Source: Actinomycetota bacterium
GTDB taxonomy: Bacteria; Actinomycetota; Nitriliruptoria; Nitriliruptorales; Nitriliruptoraceae
Assembly (NCBI GenBank): GCA_019348115.1
Contig: JAHWKB010000001.1
Coordinates: 1-51,136, forward strand
Direction of reading: 5' to 3'
DNA length: 51,136 bases
Shown one piece after another: positions 44,696 to 51,136 of this stretch. The notes beneath the pieces are model-generated. The model saw nothing but the letters and a program-made list of their open reading frames with translations. It did no database searches and was not told the origin of the DNA. Positions within the stretch are counted from its first letter, which is position 1. Every line of letters starts with the position of its first letter. The translations under genes and the position numbers were made by a program.

Positions 44696-45526
44696 ATGTC
44701 CGACCACCGCACCCACCACGTCACCACCTCCGACGGCGTCACGATCGGCGCGACCGTGCACGGCGAAGGACCGCCGCTCGTGTTCCTCCAGGGGATCATC
44801 GGCGACGGCGACCTCGACTGGCGCGTGGTGCTGCCGCACCTGACCGATCGGTTCACCTGCCATCTGCCGAGCATGCGCGGCCGTGGCCTCAGCGGCGATC
44901 ACCCCGACCTCGGCTTCGCTCGGCAGACCGACGACATCCTCGCCTACGTCGGCAGTCTGGGGCGACCGACCGGGCTGGTGGGCTGGTCCGGGGGCGGCGC
45001 CATGGCACTCGCCGTGGCAGCGCGGTCCGGCGCCGTGCACGCCGTGGCCACCGTCGAGCCGGGCATGCTGAGCCTGGCGGACGAGCAGGAGAAGGCGGCG
45101 CTCGGCGCCGCGGTCGCACGCACAGGGGAGCTGGCGGCCGACGGCAGGTTGTCGGCCGCGTCCCGCGCGTTCGCCGGTTGGCCCTTCAACGAGGAGGAGC
45201 TCGCCATGGCCGCGGCCGCGGGGTACTTCGAGGGCGCAGGACGCTACGCCCCGAACCTCCTCGATCTGCTCCGGCAGCTCATGCAGGACGGGCCCACGGT
45301 CGATGACCCGGCGGTGCTCGGCGCGATCACCGCTCCCGTGCTGGTCCTGCAGGGATCCGACACCAAGCGCTTCTTCCGTGCCAGCGCCGGGCACGTGACC
45401 GAGCACGTGCCCGACGCGCGCCGGCACGAGATCCCCGGCGCCGCGCACGCATCCCCGCTGACCCATCCCGAGGTGCTCGCCGAGGCGCTCACCGGCTTCT
45501 TCGCGGCGGCACGACAGCCGGCGTGA
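44696..45526 (+). CDS. alpha/beta hydrolase
   Basis: ATG at 44696 is preceded by GAAGGAGA. It is the last 276 codons of the 945-aa track ORF. Motifs are PPLVFLQGIIGDG, nucleophile elbow (GWSGGG), and C-terminal IPGAAHASPLTHPE. Confidence 0.75.
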   Translation: MSDHRTHHVTTSDGVTIGATVHGEGPPLVFLQGIIGDGDLDWRVVLPHLTDRFTCHLPSMRGRGLSGDHPDLGFARQTDDILAYVGSLGRPTGLVGWSGGGAMALAVAARSGAVHAVATVEPGMLSLADEQEKAALGAAVARTGELAADGRLSAASRAFAGWPFNEEELAMAAAAGYFEGAGRYAPNLLDLLRQLMQDGPTVDDPAVLGAITAPVLVLQGSDTKRFFRASAGHVTEHVPDARRHEIPGAAHASPLTHPEVLAEALTGFFAAARQPA

Positions 45527-45567
45527 GGCACGGGTACCGCACGCGAGCGCGTCCCCGACGACAGGAA

Positions 45568-45603
45568 CCCCGGGACCGTCGCCTGTGGAGGCGACGACCG
45601 GGG
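45568..45603. terminator. stem-loop between the hydrolase gene (+) and tRNA-Arg (-)
   Basis: The outer stem is ccccgg (45568-45573) paired with ccgggg (45598-45603). The inner stem is gtcgcct (45578-45584) paired with aggcgac (45589-45595). The loop is gtgg. Confidence 0.5.
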
Positions 45604-45615
45604 CTCCGTGTGTCG

Positions 45616-45690
45616 CGCGCGGGGAGGGATTCGAACCCCCGGCCGCCTGATCCGTAGTCAGGTGCTCTATCCGGACTGAGCTACCCGCGC
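45616..45690 (-). tRNA. tRNA-Arg (anticodon ACG)
   Basis: The reverse complement is gcgcgggtagctcagtccggatagagcacctgactACGgatcaggcggccgggggttcgaatccctccccgcgcg. It has a full cloverleaf with anticodon loop ctACGga. Confidence 0.9.
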
Positions 45691-45702
45691 GAGTGGTACG
45701 AG

Positions 45703-45793
45703 CGGAGGCAGAGGGATTCGAACCCTCGAGGGGGTGTATACCCCCAACGGGATTAGCAATCCCGCGCCATAGACCAGGCTAGGCGATGCCTCC
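45703..45793 (-). tRNA. tRNA-Ser (anticodon GCT)
   Basis: The reverse complement is ggaggcatcgcctagcctggtctatggcgcgggattGCTaatcccgttgggggtatacaccccctcgagggttcgaatccctctgcctccg. It has the long variable arm typical of class II tRNA. Confidence 0.9.
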
Positions 45794-45892
45794 AGGCGCC
45801 GCGAACCGCGTCAACGGCGCGCGGGCGCGGAGGGTAGCAGTGGCCCCCTGTGGGCGCGAACGGTGGTGTGCCGGGCCACGTAGCCTCGCGGG

Positions 45893-46852
45893 GTGGACCG
45901 CGTCGCCCAGAGCATCGTCGACCGTGCCCCGGCGCGCGTGCGCCCCGGGGTCGAGCTCGCGGTCCGCACCGTCGTCGACGCGGCGGACGACCGGCTGCCC
46001 GGCCTCGCCGCCGAGATCGCGTTCTTCGTGCTGCTCTCGCTCCCCCCGCTCCTCCTGGCCGTCTTCGGCACGCTCGGCGCGCTCGACCCCGTGCTCGAGG
46101 TCGACCTCCCCGCCCGGATGACGGAGCGCACCGTCGCGCTCGCCGGGGAGGTCCTCAACGCCCAGACGGTCGAGTCGACGATCCAGCCGACGATCGAGCG
46201 GATCTTCGACGAGGGCGGCGGTGGCATCGCGACCGTCGGCTTCCTCATCACGGTCATCGCGGCGTCGCGTGCCCTCCGGGTCGTGGCCACGGCCATCACG
46301 ATCGCGTACGACCTCGAGGAGACCCGGCCCGGGTGGCAGCAGCGGGTCTGGGGGCTCGGCCTGACCCTCGTGGGGATGCTCCTCGCCCTCGTGCTCGTGC
46401 CGGTGATCGTGGCGGGGCCGGACTTCGGCGCGACGATCGCGCGCATGGCCGGTGTCGACCAGCTCTTCGCGGACGCCTACCGCATCCTCTACTGGCCCGT
46501 TGCCGGCGTCGTCGCGTGGCTCCTCATCGGGTCGCTCTACCACTACGTCGCGCCCTGGTGGACGCCGTGGCACCGCGATCTCGCCGGCGCGGCGCTCGCG
46601 ATGGTCCTGTGGTTCCTGGGCTCGATCGCCCTGCGCGCCTACGCCGCCCAGACCATCTCGGGCCGCTCGATCTACGAACCGATCGCCGGCCCGTTGGTGC
46701 TGCTGCTGTGGCTCTACGTGAGCGCGCTCGCGGTGCTGCTCGGCGCGGAGCTGAACGCCGAGATCGAGCGCATGTGGCCGACGGAGCGCCCCGACCAGCC
46801 CGGGGTGCCCGGCGTGATGGCGGTCTCAGACGGCCCCGGAACCGGCGGTTGA
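45893..46852 (+). CDS. YihY/BrkB-family inner membrane protein
   Basis: ORF track, 319 aa, GTG start. Motifs are GLAAEIAFFVLLSLPPLLLAVFG and the C-terminal LLWLYVSALAVLLGAELNAE signature. It has six predicted TM helices. Confidence 0.8.
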   Translation: MDRVAQSIVDRAPARVRPGVELAVRTVVDAADDRLPGLAAEIAFFVLLSLPPLLLAVFGTLGALDPVLEVDLPARMTERTVALAGEVLNAQTVESTIQPTIERIFDEGGGGIATVGFLITVIAASRALRVVATAITIAYDLEETRPGWQQRVWGLGLTLVGMLLALVLVPVIVAGPDFGATIARMAGVDQLFADAYRILYWPVAGVVAWLLIGSLYHYVAPWWTPWHRDLAGAALAMVLWFLGSIALRAYAAQTISGRSIYEPIAGPLVLLLWLYVSALAVLLGAELNAEIERMWPTERPDQPGVPGVMAVSDGPGTGG

Positions 46853-48520
46853 CGCGGGGACCGCGGCCGGCAGCGCGAAGCTGAACGACGTCCCGGTCCC
46901 GACCTCCGACCGGACGTCCAGCGTCGTGCCGTGCGCGGCCAGGATCTGCTCGCACAGGGCGAGGCCCAGGCCGACCCCGCCCGCCGGCCGGTCGCCGGGA
47001 GCGCCGCCGCGGAAGAACCGCTCGGTGATGCGCTCGAGGTCCTCCGGCGCGATCCCGGGCCCGTCGTCAGTGACGGAGACCCGCACGGTGTCACCCTCGC
47101 GGACGGCGCCGACGGCCACGGTCGTCCCCGGCGGGGTGTGCCGGAGCGCGTTGACGAGCAGGTTCTCGACGACGTGCTCGAACAGGCGTGGGTCGGCCAC
47201 GACCGCCACGTCGGCGACGTCCAGCGAGACGTGGTGACCGTCGAGCACGGGCTCCATGCGGGCGAGCAGCGCCGTGATGACGGGCCGCAGCGCCATGGGT
47301 GCCGTCGTCACCTCCGACGAGCCGGCCTCGAACCGCGAGAAGTCCAGGAGCGCCGAGATCATGGTGCCGAGCCGCTCGCTGTTCGCCGTGAGCCGCGTCA
47401 GGAGGTCCCGGCGACGCTCCTCGTCGAGGGCGTCCCCGTGGGTCTTCAGCGTCTCTCCCACCCCGTGGATCACGGTCAGCGGGGTCCGGAGCTCGTGCGA
47501 CACGTTGGAGACGAAGTCCGACTTCATCGCCTCCAGCTCCGTCAGCCGCTCGACGGTGCGACGCTCGGACGCGAACCGCTCGGCGTTCACGATGGCGTGC
47601 CCGGCGTGGGTCGCCAGCACCTCGAGCGCCTCCACCTCCGCCTCGTGCGGCTCGCCCGGGGTCGAGCGGGCACCGATCAGCGCCCCGATGACCTCGTCGC
47701 CGGCGAGGAGCGGCACGGCCACGGCCGAGCGCACCCCGTCGCGCCCGGGAAGCCGTCCCTCGAACGCCAGGTAGTCGCTCACGCTCACCGTCCGACGCTC
47801 GCACATGGCGCGGCCGGCGAGGCCACGGTCGGCGGGGATCCCGTAGGGCTCGTTCGCCGTGGGGAAGCCGCGGTGCCGCACCGGGACGAGGTAGCCGTCA
47901 CGCACGACCCCGATGGTGGCGAGCTCGAAACCGAGCCCGACCACCGTGTCGGCGATGCGATCCATCAGCTCGTCGGGGTCGAGGGACGTCAGCCGCGTGA
48001 GCGCCGAGGCCAGCTCGGCGTGGCGGACGGCCCTGGAGCGGGCGTGGCGCTCGGCCGACAGCGTCCGGCGCAGGTGGATGCAACCCGTGACGACCATCCA
48101 GACCAGCACCGCGACGAGCGCGAGCTGGACGAGCACCTCGGTCCACGTCAGGTCGGAGGCCGCCAGGGCGACCGTGTAGCTCAGCACGGCCACGGGCTGG
48201 AGGATCCACTGCGCCCGGGGTGGGAAGAGGGCGGCCCCCATCCCCATCACGAGGCCGTACAGCACGCCGTAGCGCCGGGGGTCGCCGCCGACGTGGACGA
48301 TGAAGGCCGTGAGGGCCGACATCGCGAGGGCGTTCCACACGTAGAACGTGGCGGTCGTGCCGACGCCCCGCCGACCGAGCGCGACAACGGCGGCGATCAG
48401 GAGCGCGGCCAGGGCCATGACCGCCAGCGCGCCGACGGAGATCTCGTCGAGGTGGGCGCCGTGCGAGCGCGCGTCGACGACGAGGATCGGGAGGACGAGC
48501 ACGGTCGCGACGAGCCCCAT
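46826..48520 (-). CDS. orphan sensor histidine kinase with multi-TM N-terminus and GAF domain
   Basis: ORF track, 564 aa. It has ~5 TM helices, a GAF-like region (GLAGRAMCERRTVSVSDY...AVAVPLLAGDEVIGAL), an H-box (SHELRTPLTVI), and N/G boxes (LLVNALRHT, DDGPGI, GLGLAL). Its 3' end overlaps the convergent YihY gene by 27 nt. Confidence 0.85.
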   Translation of the reverse strand: MGLVATVLVLPILVVDARSHGAHLDEISVGALAVMALAALLIAAVVALGRRGVGTTATFYVWNALAMSALTAFIVHVGGDPRRYGVLYGLVMGMGAALFPPRAQWILQPVAVLSYTVALAASDLTWTEVLVQLALVAVLVWMVVTGCIHLRRTLSAERHARSRAVRHAELASALTRLTSLDPDELMDRIADTVVGLGFELATIGVVRDGYLVPVRHRGFPTANEPYGIPADRGLAGRAMCERRTVSVSDYLAFEGRLPGRDGVRSAVAVPLLAGDEVIGALIGARSTPGEPHEAEVEALEVLATHAGHAIVNAERFASERRTVERLTELEAMKSDFVSNVSHELRTPLTVIHGVGETLKTHGDALDEERRRDLLTRLTANSERLGTMISALLDFSRFEAGSSEVTTAPMALRPVITALLARMEPVLDGHHVSLDVADVAVVADPRLFEHVVENLLVNALRHTPPGTTVAVGAVREGDTVRVSVTDDGPGIAPEDLERITERFFRGGAPGDRPAGGVGLGLALCEQILAAHGTTLDVRSEVGTGTSFSFALPAAVPASTAGSGAV

Positions 48521-48585
48521 CCGGGCGAGCCGGGTGGGGTCGAACGGATGCCACGACTCCGAACGCAGGACGTCGTCTCCGGACG

Positions 48586-48621
48586 CACTGGGACCGCCCG
48601 CGAGCGCGGGCGGTCCCAGTG
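48586..48621 (-). terminator. 14-15-bp stem-loop downstream of the small lipoprotein gene
   Basis: cactgggaccgccc ... gggcggtcccagtg, a perfect inverted repeat around gcgagc. It lies 40 nt after the lipoprotein stop and 66 nt before the GAF-kinase ATG. Confidence 0.55.
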
Positions 48622-48660
48622 TGCCTCGGGGCGTGGGGCGAGGTGGCCCGTTCGCGCAGG

Positions 48661-48852
48661 TCAGCCCTCGCCGAGGCCGGTCTCCTCGCCGGTCGGGGCC
48701 AGCGGGTCGGTGCCGGTGCCGCCCGTGTCACCGCCCACGGCGGGGTCCTCGACACCCGGCGACGTGCCGCCACCCTCGGCCTCGCAGGCGCCGAGACCGA
48801 AGGCGAGGCCTCCGGCGACGAGCAGGACGGGGAGCTTCGAACGGATCTTCAT
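48661..48852 (-). CDS. very small acidic Gly/Thr/Pro/Glu-rich lipoprotein (63 aa precursor)
   Basis: ATG 48850-48852 is preceded by GGAGGG plus a 6-nt spacer. The signal peptide plus lipobox is MKIRSKLPVLLVAGGLAFGLGAC. The mature 40-odd residues (EAEGGGTSPGVEDPAVGGDTGGTGTDPLAPTGEETGLGEG) have no hydrophobic core. Confidence 0.65.
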   Translation of the reverse strand: MKIRSKLPVLLVAGGLAFGLGACEAEGGGTSPGVEDPAVGGDTGGTGTDPLAPTGEETGLGEG

Positions 48853-49030
48853 GCGTTTCCCTCCGGTCGGGATCGGTGGCACGACGGTGGCCCGCCCCCG
48901 GCGACGCTGCAACGGACGACGAGCACCCGTCCGTCCGCCGGGGTGCCCGGCCCGGAAGCCCGTCCGATGGCGCTCTGGAGCCCTCCCGGGCCCCTCCGGT
49001 CGGGCCGGCCGGGGTGGCCGTTCGGCCCGG

Positions 49031-49048
49031 CTCTCAGCGAACTCTCAG
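49031..49048. promoter_or_regulatory. direct repeat CTCTCAG-N4-CTCTCAG (11-bp period) at the kinase stop codon
   Basis: ctctcag at 49031-49037 and 49042-49048, read directly. It overlaps the stop of the sensor kinase and lies ~180 nt upstream of the small lipoprotein ATG on the same strand. Confidence 0.25.
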
Positions 49049-50355
49049 GCTCGGGCGTGCCGCGGGAGGCACAGCAGGAAGCGCCCGTCGGCGTAGCGGA
49101 GGGTGCCGCCGTGGGCCTCCGCGATCCCGCGTGCGATGGGCAGGCCGAGGCCGGACCCGCCGGCGTCACCGAGGGTGACGAACCGGTCGAAGACCTCCTC
49201 CTCGGCACCGGGTGGGAGCCCGGGTCCGTCGTCGCTGACGACGATCTCGACGTCCGCACCCCGCTCGCGGAGCGCGACCAGCACGCGGTGCCGCGCGTGC
49301 CGCGCCGCGTTGTCGACGAGGTTCGTCACCGCCTCGTGGATGGCCTCGCCGTCGACCTCGGCCACGAGGTCCCCGGCGGCCTCCACGTCGAGCGTGAGCA
49401 GGGGGGAGAGCCCCCGCTGGCGTGCCACCACGTCCCGCACGACCTCCTCCAGGGGCGTGGGCGAGAAGCTCGGCGGTTCCAGAGCGTCGAGGCGCGCCAC
49501 CCGCAGCAGGGACGACAGCAGCCGCGACGCCCGCGCGACCTCTCGCGCGAGGGAGTCGAGCAGGCGGTCGCGCTCCCCCAGGTCGTCGCTGCGCAGGAGC
49601 GAGCCGACGGTGGCCCGGATCCCGGCCATCGGGGTGCGCAGCTGGTGGGCCGCGTCGGCCAGGAAGCGCCGGCTCGTCTCCTCCGATGCCTGCGACCGCG
49701 CCAGCGCCTGCTCGAGCGCGTCGAGCATGCCGTTGAACGCGGTCACCATGTCCGCCAGCTCCTCGTCCTCCTCACGGGCAGGCAGCCGTTCCTCGATGTC
49801 CCCGTCGGCGATCCGGCGCGCGGTCCGGGCCACGACCCGGACGGGGCGCAGCACGAGCGACGAGGTGCGGTCGAACAGGGCGTACGCGAGCGCGATCACG
49901 GCGATCGTGCCGACGACCTCCAGGACGAGCAGGCGCTCGAGCGTGGCGTCGATGCCCCCGCGCGAGGCGAGGATGAACAGGTCGCTGCCGTCGGCGAGTG
50001 CGAACTGCCGCCAGGCGTAGCCGGCCTCGGACCCGCCGCCGGGCGGCACGCGGTCGAAGGCCGGGGCGCCTGGGCTCGCGAGCACGTCACCGGAGACGGT
50101 GCGGACGACCGCCCGGAGGCCGGCGGCGTCGAGGCGCTCGGCGGCGGCCTGGGCCCCCATCGGCTCGTCGAGGACCTCCTGCGCGAGCTGCTGGCGGGCG
50201 TCGAGGACCGCCTCGAGGTTCGAGAGCATGAGGTCACGCAGGCTCAGGTAGACGAGGACGTCGAGGGCGAGGACGAGCGCCGCGACCACGGCGACCCCCG
50301 ACAACGTCACGCGCCGCCGCAGCGAGGTCGGCCGCAGCCTCGCGAGCGGCGTCAC
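49045..50355 (-). CDS. sensor histidine kinase (TM-sensor-TM-HAMP-HisKA-HATPase)
   Basis: GTG 50353-50355 overlaps the stop of the response regulator (GTGA), giving VTPLARLRPTSLRRRVTLSGVAVVAALVLALDVLVYL. The H-box is AAHQLRTPMAGI. The N/G boxes are NLVDNAARHA, DDGPGL, and GLGLPIA. Confidence 0.85.
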   Translation of the reverse strand: MTPLARLRPTSLRRRVTLSGVAVVAALVLALDVLVYLSLRDLMLSNLEAVLDARQQLAQEVLDEPMGAQAAAERLDAAGLRAVVRTVSGDVLASPGAPAFDRVPPGGGSEAGYAWRQFALADGSDLFILASRGGIDATLERLLVLEVVGTIAVIALAYALFDRTSSLVLRPVRVVARTARRIADGDIEERLPAREEDEELADMVTAFNGMLDALEQALARSQASEETSRRFLADAAHQLRTPMAGIRATVGSLLRSDDLGERDRLLDSLAREVARASRLLSSLLRVARLDALEPPSFSPTPLEEVVRDVVARQRGLSPLLTLDVEAAGDLVAEVDGEAIHEAVTNLVDNAARHARHRVLVALRERGADVEIVVSDDGPGLPPGAEEEVFDRFVTLGDAGGSGLGLPIARGIAEAHGGTLRYADGRFLLCLPRHARA

Positions 50356-51026
50356 GAGCGCAGCACGTAGCCGGCCCCGCGCACGGTGTGCAGCACGCGG
50401 GGACCGTGCTCCTCGAGCTTGCGGCGCAGCGTGCTCACGTAGACCTCGACGAGGTTGCCGTCGTACGACGCGAAGTCCCACACGAGGGCGAGGAGGCGCT
50501 CCTTCGACAGGACCACCCCCGGCCGGCGCGCGAACGCGACGAGGAGGTCGAACTCGGTCGGCGTGAGCTCGACCGGGGTGCCGCCGCGCACCACGGTCCG
50601 CGCGTCCTCGTCCACGACGAGATCCCCCAGCTGCAGGCTCCGGGACGAGGCGCGCCCGGTCCGCCAGAGCAGGACCCGCACGCGGGCCAGGAGCTCCGGC
50701 ATGGCGAAGGGCTTGACCAGATAGTCGTCCCCGCCGACGTCGAAGCCGGTCAGGCGGTCCTGGAGCGTCTCGGCCGCCGTGACGAAGACGATGGGCGCGT
50801 CGGAGCTCCCGCGCAGGTCGCGGGCGACGTCGAAGCCGTCCGGTCCGTCGGGGAAGCGGATGTCGAGCACCGCGAGGTCGGGGCGGAACGACCCCGCGAG
50901 GTCCGCGGCCCGGCTGGAACGGCTCGTGGAGCGCACCGTGTAGCCCTCCTGCCGGAGCGCGGAGGCGATGGCGTCACGCAGCGTCCGGTCGTCCTCGACC
51001 ACGAGGATCCGCGGTGTGGCCTCCAC
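50352..51026 (-). CDS. OmpR-family response regulator
   Basis: GTG 51024-51026 (VEATPRILVVEDDRTLRDAI...) is preceded by GGAG plus a 7-nt spacer. The receiver motifs are DLAVLDIRFPDG and VKPF. The wHTH is LTPTEFDLLVAFARRPGVVLSKERLLALVWD...VEVYVSTLRRKLE. The upstream part of the track ORF runs through a tRNA gene and is not coding. Confidence 0.88.
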   Translation of the reverse strand: MEATPRILVVEDDRTLRDAIASALRQEGYTVRSTSRSSRAADLAGSFRPDLAVLDIRFPDGPDGFDVARDLRGSSDAPIVFVTAAETLQDRLTGFDVGGDDYLVKPFAMPELLARVRVLLWRTGRASSRSLQLGDLVVDEDARTVVRGGTPVELTPTEFDLLVAFARRPGVVLSKERLLALVWDFASYDGNLVEVYVSTLRRKLEEHGPRVLHTVRGAGYVLRS

Positions 51027-51049
51027 CCTGGCGCTCCGGCTGCCGGCGG

Positions 51050-51134
51050 CGGAGGGTGAGGGATTCGAACCCCCGGACCCTTGCGGGTCGCTCGCTTTCA
51101 AGGCGAGTGCATTCGTCCGCTCTGCCAACCCTCC
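51050..51134 (-). tRNA. tRNA-Ser (anticodon TGA)
   Basis: The reverse complement is ggagggttggcagagcggacgaatgcactcgcctTGAaagcgagcgacccgcaagggtccgggggttcgaatccctcaccctccg. It is a class II tRNA with a long variable arm. Confidence 0.9.
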
Positions 51135-51136
51135 GA

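Noticed and set aside
45616-45793. tRNA-Arg/tRNA-Ser (and the Lys-Asp-Phe cluster at 6071-6364) as integration sites of a mobile element.
   Set aside because: I found no integrase, excisionase, transposase or phage gene, and no duplicated tRNA 3' segment anywhere in the window. Flanking genes have the same codon and GC character as the rest.

Overview
This is a very GC-rich, gene-dense chromosomal segment with clear Actinomycetota content. mshD sits next to glnR, as I recall for M. tuberculosis Rv0818/Rv0819. The order bldC, conserved hypothetical, vdh, purM ... purF matches what I recall around Streptomyces coelicolor SCO4086-SCO4091. An LCP protein, a class A PBP and thioredoxin are also present. 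I call 50 protein-coding genes (one cut by the window edge) and 6 tRNAs: a Lys-Asp-Phe cluster on +, and Arg, Ser-GCT and Ser-TGA on -. I also call six stem-loop terminator candidates, four operator-like repeats and three short in-frame tandem repeats. The backbone is housekeeping: purS/purQ/purL/purF/purM in one co-directional run (18.2-27.7 kb), aceE, tdk, envelope genes, two acyl-CoA ligases and two-component systems. I see no CRISPR array, transposase, integrase or phage gene. Most long ORFs in the six-frame track are antisense or off-frame artefacts of the high GC content. I cannot point to a confidently new system. The best candidates are below. (1) A DsrE/F/H-like sulfur-relay operon is headed by an HTH regulator whose TusA-like domain has Tyr in place of the catalytic Cys; a MoaD-like carrier ending GG-Ala lies nearby. 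(2) Lineage-specific genes are wedged inside the purine run: a membrane HExxH protein translationally coupled between purS and purQ, and an NADP/F420-oxidoreductase-like plus BtrH-N/DUF4872-like pair between purF and purM. (3) There are two large STAND/LuxR regulators. One has a Lys-to-Arg Walker A motif and an 18-bp perfect AT-rich palindrome upstream. The other sits in a PhzF/hydrolase islet beside tRNA genes. All functional calls come from motif recognition by eye and remembered family signatures; no searches were run.
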